A stretch of DNA of 32,279 nt, from assembly GCA_045592765.1 (NCBI GenBank), contig JAZNVJ010000095.1, positions 1-32,279 of the forward strand, read 5' to 3'. Source of the stretch: Alphaproteobacteria bacterium. GTDB taxonomy: Bacteria > Pseudomonadota > Alphaproteobacteria > RF32 > CAG-239. Under the pieces are notes generated by a model, which saw only the letters and a list, made by a program, of their open reading frames with translations, was not told where the DNA came from and searched no databases. The translations under genes were made by a program, and so were the position numbers. This document shows positions 9,259-17,492 of the stretch, one piece after another (within the stretch, counting starts at the first letter, position 1; each line of letters starts with the position of its first letter).

Positions 9259-9299
9259 GTGTCTTAATACATTTATTATTAATTAAAAAAAAACTCATT

Positions 9300-10202
9300 A
9301 TGAAAAAATTTATTATTAAGAAAATTCTGGCAGCGCCAGATTTGTCTACTCTAGAGAGAAAGATACTTAAGGTTTTGAAGGATGAGGATCTATCCGATAT
9401 CGTTTCAGAATGTACTCTCCCTTTAGGAGAAGAACAGGAGCTCATCGTAGCAAAGCGATGTTTTGAAACAGACATTATGAGATGTATAACCATGCTGAGA
9501 GCACCATCAAAAGATGTCCTTAAAATATTGACTGACAGACAAATGTATCTAGCTCTAAGCGTTGCTAATCTGGAGTCATTGGATATGTTTTCTGCAGATA
9601 GCATTTTGGATAATCCGCAAACAACTCCAGCTCTTCGCATGAGAATTATCTCAGAATGCAAAATTAGCGATAGCTCTTATAAGAAGCACCTGGAAGAAAA
9701 AGGGAATCACTTGGAGCTTCTTCTCTACCTGGGCAACAAACAAACATCAAAAGTATATCCTTCACAAGTCAAATTCTTTCTTAAACGTAATGATAAGAAT
9801 GAAATTGAGGCGATGATAGCAAAGGGTTTGGCTCCAGATGCTTGGTATTTATTGCTTGAAAATACAGATTGGAAAGCTCAAGCCTTTGAACGCTTGGAAA
9901 AAGAACCATTAAGCAAATGGGCTACCGAAGTAGGCAAGTTTATATTCACCAAAGGGTCAGCTGCTGACAAGGATAACTTTATGCAGATATTCTGCGAGAA
10001 GTATAAGTCTGAAAAGACTATACTTCCTTCTGAAGTGATGCGTATCCTCATTAGCAATAGAGAATTTAAGCATTTGATATCCTATTTTGAGGTGGGAGGA
10101 ATGGTTGAAAAGCCAGTATATCAATTACTGATTGAAGCTAATGTTCCTGAGGTGATTCAGGCAATGAAAACTTGGCCAACGCACAGCAGAATCCAAAAGT
10201 AA
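9300..10202 (+). CDS. Hypothetical protein (orphan; predicted all-helical)
   Basis: An intact ORF. I placed the start at ATG 9300 (MKKFIIKK...) because the ORF-track start 9240 lies inside the candidate promoter. I recognise no motif. Confidence 0.55.
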   Translation: MKKFIIKKILAAPDLSTLERKILKVLKDEDLSDIVSECTLPLGEEQELIVAKRCFETDIMRCITMLRAPSKDVLKILTDRQMYLALSVANLESLDMFSADSILDNPQTTPALRMRIISECKISDSSYKKHLEEKGNHLELLLYLGNKQTSKVYPSQVKFFLKRNDKNEIEAMIAKGLAPDAWYLLLENTDWKAQAFERLEKEPLSKWATEVGKFIFTKGSAADKDNFMQIFCEKYKSEKTILPSEVMRILISNREFKHLISYFEVGGMVEKPVYQLLIEANVPEVIQAMKTWPTHSRIQK

Positions 10203-10205
10203 ACA

Positions 10206-10238
10206 AAAAGCAGCCCTTATCGGCTGCTTTTGTTTTTT
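10206..10238. terminator. Bidirectional terminator shared by the orphan gene and comF
   Basis: AAAAGCAGCC (10206-10215) pairs with GGCTGCTTTT (10222-10231). An A-tract lies upstream and GTTTTTT downstream. It sits between convergent genes. Confidence 0.8.
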
Positions 10239-10956
10239 AAATAACTCGTCCTAAAGTTAAATTATCAACCGATTTTGCTCCTGCTCGTTTGAGAGCATAA
10301 GCACATTCTTTTAACGTAGCACCGGTAGTTAACACATCATCTATCAAAAGAATTCTTTTGCCTTTAACCGCATCAATATTTTTTACGCTAAAAACATTGC
10401 GAACATTGCGCTGTCTTTCCATGCCAGAAAGCTCAACCTGAGGTCTGGTTTTGCGGTGACGAATCAGTGATAAATTATCAACTTTAATATTTATTAATTT
10501 ACCTAACTCATTACATAATAATGCTGATTGATTATACCTACGTTTTATTAATCTGGTATAATGTAATGGTACCGGCATTATGACATCTATACCGGCCTCC
10601 CATATATCTTTGCCGGCTATAAACAACATTTTTGCTAAAACATTAGCGTTATCAGTACGATCATGAAATTTGAAATCTAAAATAAGTTTTTTAGAATCTT
10701 CATCATATATAAATGCTGAACGGCTAAGACGAAAAGGTGTGCGTTTGTTTTTTAAACAATTACCACACAGTAACTTACCGGATTTTTGCTCTAAAAACTC
10801 AAAAGGATGACCGCATTTATAACAATATGGTTCTGTAATAAAATGAATTTCCGCTAAGCAATCATCACATAAGCCTAAATCTTGGCTTAAAACCTTACCA
10901 CATTTTTGGCAACGAGGTGGCAATAAACAGTTTAGTAAGGTCTTAAAAAATTGCAT
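10237..10956 (-). CDS. comF: ComF-family protein (zinc-finger plus phosphoribosyltransferase domain)
   Basis: N-terminal Cys pairs CQKCG...CDDC and CYKCG...CGNC. C-terminal PRTase loop ILLIDDVLTTGATL. Confidence 0.85.
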   Translation of the reverse strand: MQFFKTLLNCLLPPRCQKCGKVLSQDLGLCDDCLAEIHFITEPYCYKCGHPFEFLEQKSGKLLCGNCLKNKRTPFRLSRSAFIYDEDSKKLILDFKFHDRTDNANVLAKMLFIAGKDIWEAGIDVIMPVPLHYTRLIKRRYNQSALLCNELGKLINIKVDNLSLIRHRKTRPQVELSGMERQRNVRNVFSVKNIDAVKGKRILLIDDVLTTGATLKECAYALKRAGAKSVDNLTLGRVI

Positions 10957-11823
10957 TTATAATTCACTCAAACGCAAATGAATATCATTAATATTATCAA
11001 CCACTATCATACCAGCATCTTCTAAGGCATCTTTTTTATCTTGGGTAGAGACTCTACCTCTGGTAATCACATCACCGGCATAGCCCATTTTGTGTCCAAA
11101 AGGAATCGCACTACCGGCAACAAAAGCAATAACGGGTTTGCGATTTTTTAGATTTTTGTAGTAATCTGCGGCAGCTTCCTCAAACATACCACCCAATTGC
11201 CCGATTAAAACAATGGCTTTAGTTTTATCATCTTGATGAAATAATCTTAGGGTCTCTACAAAATCGATACCTATCAACATATCATCACCTAAACCTACAA
11301 CCGTAGTTTCTCCCTTACCTGCACGACCAATCTCTAATACAGCCTCGTAAGTCAATGTAGATGATCTTGACACAACTCCAACATCACCAACTTGATGAAT
11401 GTTTTCCGGAAAAATACCCAATCTTGCTTGATTTGGGGTAATAATACCCGGAGTATTAGGTCCTATAAGCTTTGTTTTACTCCCCTTGAGTATGGATTTA
11501 ATCTCCAACATATCTTTTAAGGGTACACTATCAGCAATACATACAGCCAAATCTAATTCAGCTTCTGCAGCCTCAATTACTGCAGATTTGACAAATTGAG
11601 CAGGAACATACATTACGCTAGCATTAGCACCGGTTGCTACAACTGCATCTTTTACATTATTAAAAACTGGTACGCCTAAATGTTCACTACCTCCTTTGCC
11701 CGGAGTAACACCACCTACAACTTTTGTACCATATTCCATTGAACGACGAATATGAAAAGTTGCTTGGGTTCCTGTAATACCCTGGCATAGCACTTTTGTT
11801 TGAGCATCTATTAAAATAGACAT
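10957..11823 (-). CDS. sucD: Succinyl-CoA synthetase alpha-subunit-like protein, divergent; the catalytic His is replaced by Tyr
   Basis: It starts MSILID..K..CQGITGTQ, GGVTPGKGG and VSRSSTLTYE, as SucD does. The phosphohistidine loop reads KMGYAGDV instead of RMGHAGAI, and IGEIGG is IGQLGG. Confidence 0.8.
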   Translation of the reverse strand: MSILIDAQTKVLCQGITGTQATFHIRRSMEYGTKVVGGVTPGKGGSEHLGVPVFNNVKDAVVATGANASVMYVPAQFVKSAVIEAAEAELDLAVCIADSVPLKDMLEIKSILKGSKTKLIGPNTPGIITPNQARLGIFPENIHQVGDVGVVSRSSTLTYEAVLEIGRAGKGETTVVGLGDDMLIGIDFVETLRLFHQDDKTKAIVLIGQLGGMFEEAAADYYKNLKNRKPVIAFVAGSAIPFGHKMGYAGDVITRGRVSTQDKKDALEDAGMIVVDNINDIHLRLSEL

Positions 11824-13025
11824 TATTCACTTGCCTCCATCGCTTCAACCAACATATTAACAGCTTCTTCCATAGTTTCTGCCATAATGATAGGAAGTTT
11901 GGATTTTTGCAAAATATCTTTTGCCTCTTCTTTATTAGTACCTTCAAAACGTACAACTAACGGAACATTAAGTCCAACCTCAGATGCTGCAGAAACTATT
12001 CCTTCTGCTATAAGATTGCAACGTAAAAATCCACCTAAGATATTGATCAAAATACCTTCTACCCGAGGGTTGGTCATTATAATTTTAATTCCTGAGGCAA
12101 TTTTGTCTTTATCTACACCACCTTTAACATTCAGAAAACAAGCTGTTCCTACGCCTTGTTTGCTAAGCAAGTCCATTGCCGCTAACGCAACGCCATCTCC
12201 ATTAACAATACAACCGACAGAACCCTCAAATTCACTATAGCCAAATTTATATCTAGCTGCTTTTAATTCTCTATCGGAGACTTCATAATCATCTTGTAAT
12301 GAGCTAATATCTTTATGACGAAATAAGGCGTTATCATCAAAAGATATTTTAGCATCCAATGCTATTAAGGTTCCATTTTTTAACATTCCTACCGGATTTA
12401 TCTCTATCATAGTTGCATCATAATCTAAAAACAAACGATGCATACCATTAATTAATCTTTTCATGCTATTGGCGCTTTTACTCGGAAGACGTAAAAATTC
12501 CATGACCTGCCTTACTTGTGCCATATTAGTTTTTTCTTCCAACGCTAATGGCAAACGAATAATTTTTTCAGGATGATTTATGGCTAATTGAGTAATATCC
12601 TCACTATTAGTTGATGCTGCCAATAAAGTAAGACAAGCTTTAACTCTGTCAACAGCTATACAGATATAAAAAGATTGTTCTACCCGATTAAATGCTTCAA
12701 CATATAAACGACTAACTGTTTTTCCTTTAGGTCCGGTTTGAATGGTTACCAAGGTAGAACCAAGCATTTGTTCAGCATTTTTGCTTATCTCAATACGCTT
12801 TTTTATTTTTCTGATACCACCGCCTCGGCCTGTTCTTTTTTCTAAAAAATAACCTTTATTACGAGCACCGGATTGAATTTGAGCTTTTAACACCCAAGGA
12901 CCTCTTGAAGAAACTTTGGCTGCAACACGTCTGGCTTCTATTGGAGTATACGCAACTCCTCCTTTAGGGATATTTATCCCGTATTTACTTAAAATTCTTT
13001 TGGCTTGGTATTCATGAATATTCAT
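11823..13025 (-). CDS. sucC: Succinyl-CoA synthetase beta-subunit-like (ATP-grasp) protein, divergent
   Basis: MNIHEYQAK..., IEINP, LDAK..DDNALFR, GCIVNG and INILGGFLRC align with SucC. The glycine-rich loop carries an insertion (SGARNKGYFLEKRTGRGGGIR) and several motifs are altered. Confidence 0.8.
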   Translation of the reverse strand: MNIHEYQAKRILSKYGINIPKGGVAYTPIEARRVAAKVSSRGPWVLKAQIQSGARNKGYFLEKRTGRGGGIRKIKKRIEISKNAEQMLGSTLVTIQTGPKGKTVSRLYVEAFNRVEQSFYICIAVDRVKACLTLLAASTNSEDITQLAINHPEKIIRLPLALEEKTNMAQVRQVMEFLRLPSKSANSMKRLINGMHRLFLDYDATMIEINPVGMLKNGTLIALDAKISFDDNALFRHKDISSLQDDYEVSDRELKAARYKFGYSEFEGSVGCIVNGDGVALAAMDLLSKQGVGTACFLNVKGGVDKDKIASGIKIIMTNPRVEGILINILGGFLRCNLIAEGIVSAASEVGLNVPLVVRFEGTNKEEAKDILQKSKLPIIMAETMEEAVNMLVEAMEASE

Positions 13026-13038
13026 TTATAATCTCGCC

Positions 13039-13437
13039 TCATAAAATATCGGCATAATGCCTTATTTTTGCTGTCATCGAAAGAAGACCGTTACGACGGC
13101 TTGGTGACAAATGCTCACTTAATCCGAGTTTAGCAAAAATATCTTCAACTGCAATAGCTTTAATTTCAGATGGGGATTTATTGTTATAAATTGAAAGAAC
13201 AATGGCTATTAAGCCTTTAACTATCATAGCATCACTATCGCCATGAAAACTTATTTTATCTTCATGACGACATGGAACAAGCCAAACTTGAGATTGACAG
13301 CCTTGAACTTTCCACTCATCAGTATGATATTCTACCGCTAACGGAGAAATCTTTTCTCCTAAATCGATAATATAACGATATTTATCTTCCCACGAATCTA
13401 AAAATTCAAAATTTTCTATCAAATCTTCTATTGTCAT
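13039..13437 (-). CDS. sufE: Cysteine desulfuration (sulfur acceptor) protein SufE
   Basis: The motif KVQGCQSQVWL with the persulfide-acceptor Cys. The size of about 130 aa. The suf context. Confidence 0.88.
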   Translation of the reverse strand: MTIEDLIENFEFLDSWEDKYRYIIDLGEKISPLAVEYHTDEWKVQGCQSQVWLVPCRHEDKISFHGDSDAMIVKGLIAIVLSIYNNKSPSEIKAIAVEDIFAKLGLSEHLSPSRRNGLLSMTAKIRHYADIL

Positions 13438-13445
13438 TTAGCACC

Positions 13446-13877
13446 TTAAAAAAACTCAAACATTGCTCTGGCTTCATCACTTAAATTTTCAATACTCCAA
13501 GCTGGCTCCCAAACGACTTTTACGGTTACAAAGCCTATCCCTTCTATAGAAGCTACGGCATCGGCTGCTTGTTGAGGTAAAACCCCAGCCACAGGACAAG
13601 TCGGTGCGGTAACGGTCATATCAATATCAACATCTCCGTTTTCTTTTTGCTCAATACGATAAATTAATCCCATATCCCAAATATTTATCATTATCTCCGG
13701 ATCTGAAACTGTTTTTAGAGCATCAATAATTTCCTCTCTGGAAACGCTTCTCAGACAATTATCTAATTTACTTCCGGCATAGGCAATATAATCTTTTTGC
13801 ATAGCTCCATCTTCACCAAGCCCCATGGCATTTAGCAACTGTTCTTCGTTTTTATCTAAAATTTTATTATCAGACAT
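13446..13877 (-). CDS. sufT: DUF59/MIP18-family Fe-S assembly protein (SufT-like)
   Basis: The motif MTVTAPTCPVAG and the surrounding DUF59 pattern (DPE..INIWDMGLIY). The suf context. Confidence 0.75.
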   Translation of the reverse strand: MSDNKILDKNEEQLLNAMGLGEDGAMQKDYIAYAGSKLDNCLRSVSREEIIDALKTVSDPEIMINIWDMGLIYRIEQKENGDVDIDMTVTAPTCPVAGVLPQQAADAVASIEGIGFVTVKVVWEPAWSIENLSDEARAMFEFF

Positions 13878-13970
13878 ATATTATCCTACTGCATAAGTAT
13901 CAAAACAATTATTGATATCAACAATATACCTATAGCAATAAAATTGCAATGAGGATATTTTTTCGTATAC

Positions 13971-15185
13971 TTAAAAAAATGTTTTTGCCTTTTTTAGGGC
14001 ATTGATAAAATTATCTGTATCTTCTTTATTGGTATATAAACCAAACGATGCTCTGGTAAGATTTTCATATCCCATACGACGAACCAACGGTGCTGCACAA
14101 TGATGCCCCACCCTTACTGAAACACCCTCTTTATCTAAAATAAAAGCTAAATCTTGAGGGTGAATACCATCTATAATAAATGAAAAAACTCCACCTTTGT
14201 CTTTGGCTGTTCCCACTTCTTGTAGTCCGGATATTTCAATAATGCGAGAATGTAAATATTTCATCAACTCTTGCTCATGAGAATAAATATTATCCATTCC
14301 TAAATTCATCATATATTCTAAAGCTGCCCCTAATCCTATTGCTTGAACTATTGCCGGTGTTCCAGCCTCAAAACGAGCCGGAGGATTATCAAATGTTGTA
14401 CTTTGATATGTTACAACATTTACCATATCTCCTCCAAATTGGTAAGGAGGCATAGCTTCTAATAATTCTGACTTACCATACAATACCCCTATTCCGGTTG
14501 GTCCATAAGTTTTATGTCCGGAAAAAGCTAAAAAATCACAGTCAAGATCTTGAACATCTGTAGGACTATGGACAACATACTGACAACCATCAACCAAAAA
14601 CTTTGCCCCAACATTGTGTGCCGCTTCAATCATCTGTTTTATAGGAAATACCGTCCCTAATACATTGGACATTCCCGTAACTGCAACTAATCTGGTTTTA
14701 CCACTCAAAAGTTTGCAATACTCATCCCAATTAAATGATCCGTCATCATTAATTTTAAAAATTTTAAGTTCAAAACCAATCTCATCTCTTAACATTTGCC
14801 AAGGCACTAAATTAGCATGATGCTCTGCTTCAGAAATTAATACCTCATCAATTTTGGTTAAAAACTTTTTGCCCCAAGTTGATGCGACCAAATTTATTGC
14901 CTCAGTAGCATTACGAGTAAAAACAATTTCGTTTTCGGATTTAGCGTTAATAAATTTTTGAACAATTTTACGAGCCTGTTCATAAGAAGATGTAATTTCT
15001 TCTGACAACATATATGAACCTCGATGTACGTTGGCATATTGATTGGTGTAAATATCTACAATTTTATCAATAACAACTTGCGGTTTTTGTGCCGAAGCAG
15101 CAGAATCCAAAAATGTATTGGGTTTACCATTAATCTTACGTTTTAGAATCGGAAAGTCATTACGAATTGTTTCTACATCATACAT
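13971..15185 (-). CDS. sufS: Cysteine desulfurase SufS (class II)
   Basis: PLP-lysine motif SGHKTYGPTGIGVLYG and catalytic Cys loop RVGHHCAAP. Confidence 0.92.
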   Translation of the reverse strand: MYDVETIRNDFPILKRKINGKPNTFLDSAASAQKPQVVIDKIVDIYTNQYANVHRGSYMLSEEITSSYEQARKIVQKFINAKSENEIVFTRNATEAINLVASTWGKKFLTKIDEVLISEAEHHANLVPWQMLRDEIGFELKIFKINDDGSFNWDEYCKLLSGKTRLVAVTGMSNVLGTVFPIKQMIEAAHNVGAKFLVDGCQYVVHSPTDVQDLDCDFLAFSGHKTYGPTGIGVLYGKSELLEAMPPYQFGGDMVNVVTYQSTTFDNPPARFEAGTPAIVQAIGLGAALEYMMNLGMDNIYSHEQELMKYLHSRIIEISGLQEVGTAKDKGGVFSFIIDGIHPQDLAFILDKEGVSVRVGHHCAAPLVRRMGYENLTRASFGLYTNKEDTDNFINALKKAKTFF

Positions 15186-15197
15186 AATTTAATCCCT

Positions 15198-16454
15198 CTA
15201 TTTACACTTTGGTTGTGCAAATGATTTAATCCATTCTCGAATATTTTCATCCTGTATTTTAGTAATAACTTCATCTAAATAAGCATCTATCAAAATTTGT
15301 TTGGCTTCTTCCTCACCAATACCTCGAGAACGCATATAAAATAACTGATTTCCATCAAGTTCTCCGCTTGCTGCTCCATGTGAACATTTTACATCATCAG
15401 CAAAAATTTCCAGTTCAGGCTTAACATCAACTTCGGCGGTATCAGACAATAACAATGCTTTATGCAATTGATTACCTTCTGTTTTTGTTGCATTAGGAGC
15501 AATATGAATTTTACCTTGAAAAACCCCTTTAGCATCACCACCGACAACACCTTTAATTAATTGATGTGAATAAGTACAAGGAGATAAATGCTCAATATTT
15601 GTTGTCGTATCCAGTGTCGCCCAACCATTCATAATATATGCTGCATTAATTTCGGTAATCGCCCCTTCTTCTTGCAATTTAACTAATGTTTCATTGCGGC
15701 CGATGTTTGCACCTGTTTGCAAACAAAAACTATTATAGATCGTATCTTTTTTTAACTCTGCTACATTTAAAGCGATGTGATTGGCTTTAAATGCTTCAGA
15801 TTGCACTTTATAATGATTAAGTTTAGCTCCTTCAGCTAAATAAATCTCATTAACAATATTAGCAAAATATCTGGATTTTAATTCTCCGCTATAAGTATAA
15901 TATTCTAAAATATTAGCTGATGCACCACGTTCTACAACAATTAAATTACGCAGATTAAAAAATAAATTATTATTGCCGGAAGTTGTATGATTAATAATTA
16001 CCAATGGTTTTTTTATATCAACATTTTTATCTATACGAATATAAACCCCTTCATTCAGATACGCTTGATTTAGTGCTGCAAAAGGGTACTTTCTTATATC
16101 TGCTAAACAACCAAAATATTTGTGTAATTCGGGATGAAACATTGCTGCTTCAATAAGAGGTATAACCTCAACTCCTTGAGGCAAGTCACTTTCTTGAGGA
16201 CAAAACCATCCATTCTCAAAACGAATCTGATAACAAGAAAATGGTATTTTTATATGTTTTACTCGTTCCGCAAAACATTGATTAACAACAAAATCATCCG
16301 CATTTAATTCTCGAGGTTTAGTATATTTCCATGCTTCGGTCTTGGCAGTCGGGACACCTTGAGCCAAAAATGCTTCCATACCGGATTTTCTTAGGCTCGA
16401 AAGCCAAGGATACTCATTTCCGATTAATTTTATATCTTGCAACAATCCTGACAT
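15198..16454 (-). CDS. sufD: Fe-S cluster assembly protein SufD
   Basis: C-terminal SufB/D signature KCSHGAASGELD..QLFYMRSRGI. The position after sufC. Confidence 0.88.
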   Translation of the reverse strand: MSGLLQDIKLIGNEYPWLSSLRKSGMEAFLAQGVPTAKTEAWKYTKPRELNADDFVVNQCFAERVKHIKIPFSCYQIRFENGWFCPQESDLPQGVEVIPLIEAAMFHPELHKYFGCLADIRKYPFAALNQAYLNEGVYIRIDKNVDIKKPLVIINHTTSGNNNLFFNLRNLIVVERGASANILEYYTYSGELKSRYFANIVNEIYLAEGAKLNHYKVQSEAFKANHIALNVAELKKDTIYNSFCLQTGANIGRNETLVKLQEEGAITEINAAYIMNGWATLDTTTNIEHLSPCTYSHQLIKGVVGGDAKGVFQGKIHIAPNATKTEGNQLHKALLLSDTAEVDVKPELEIFADDVKCSHGAASGELDGNQLFYMRSRGIGEEEAKQILIDAYLDEVITKIQDENIREWIKSFAQPKCK

Positions 16455-16455
16455 T

Positions 16456-17214
16456 TTATTTGCCCTTCATAAACTCAGAATAACCTTTTTCTTCCAGTTC
16501 AAGAGCAAGTGATTTATCACCGGATTTTACAATTTTACCATCGGCATAAATATGAACAAAATCAGGGACGACATAGTTTAATAAACGCTGATAGTGTGTA
16601 ATAACCAACATTGAACGTTTACCATCTTTTAAACTGTTAATTCCCTCAGATACAACTCTTAGCGCATCTATGTCCAAACCGGAATCGGCTTCATCTAAAA
16701 TTGCAAATGTCGGTTTGAGAATGGTCATTTGCAGTGTCTCTAAACGTTTTTTCTCACCACCGGAAAATCCTACATTCAGCGGACGTTTTATCATATCTGC
16801 ATCTATACCTAATTTACGCCCCTCTTCTCTAACCATTTTAATAAATTCCATAGTATCAAGTTCAGGTAAATTTTGATATTTACGAATAGCATTAACAGAA
16901 TGCTTGAGAAAAGTAGAAGTTGGCACTCCGGGAATTTCCACCGGATATTGCATTGCTAAGAAAATTCCTTCTCTGGCACGCTCCTCAATATCCATAGACA
17001 ATAAATCTTTACCTTTAAAACGAATCGACCCCGAAGTAACTTCATAACCTTCTTTACCGCATAATACATTAGATAAGGTAGATTTTCCGGCACCATTGGG
17101 TCCCATAAGCGCATGAACCTCGCCTTCATTAATTGTAAGGTTAAAACCCTTGATAATCTCTTTATCACAAACTCTGGCACATAAATCTTCAATTTCTAGC
17201 AATGGTGTAGACAT
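16456..17214 (-). CDS. sufC: Fe-S cluster assembly ATPase SufC
   Basis: Walker A GPNGAGKST, ABC signature FSGGEKKR, Walker B ILDEADSGLD, and the H-loop ITHY. Confidence 0.95.
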   Translation of the reverse strand: MSTPLLEIEDLCARVCDKEIIKGFNLTINEGEVHALMGPNGAGKSTLSNVLCGKEGYEVTSGSIRFKGKDLLSMDIEERAREGIFLAMQYPVEIPGVPTSTFLKHSVNAIRKYQNLPELDTMEFIKMVREEGRKLGIDADMIKRPLNVGFSGGEKKRLETLQMTILKPTFAILDEADSGLDIDALRVVSEGINSLKDGKRSMLVITHYQRLLNYVVPDFVHIYADGKIVKSGDKSLALELEEKGYSEFMKGK

Positions 17215-17492
17215 TATTTTTTATCCCAATCATTTAATCTTTGTTCAATAAGTTTAATTTTATCGGCTTTATAAGCGGATACTTGATCAATTATTTGATA
17301 ATTTTCTTTTAACTGCTCTAACATTATTTCAACATCAGCTGTTTCTTCTATAAGCTCTGATATATTATTTTTGCCTCGAGATATATTTTTTAGAATCTCT
17401 TTGGTGAGCTCTGACATTTCTTCTACCACCATTAACATTTGGGCTCTTTCGCCCCACGTATTCAAGGCTCTTTTTAAAACAGGATGAGTCAT
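17214..17492 (-). CDS. Small MazG-like all-alpha NTP pyrophosphohydrolase-family protein
   Basis: A 92-aa protein with EEMSE (EExxE) followed about 20 aa later by EETAD (EExxD), the acidic metal-binding tetrad of MazG-like proteins. It overlaps both the sufB stop and the sufC start by 1 nt (TAATG). Confidence 0.55.
   Translation of the reverse strand: MTHPVLKRALNTWGERAQMLMVVEEMSELTKEILKNISRGKNNISELIEETADVEIMLEQLKENYQIIDQVSAYKADKIKLIEQRLNDWDKK

Noticed and set aside
9240-9299. Upstream start for the second orphan gene
   Set aside because: It lies within the candidate promoter (the -10 is at 9253-9258) and immediately after a terminator. The hydrophobic leader looks like translated AT-rich spacer.
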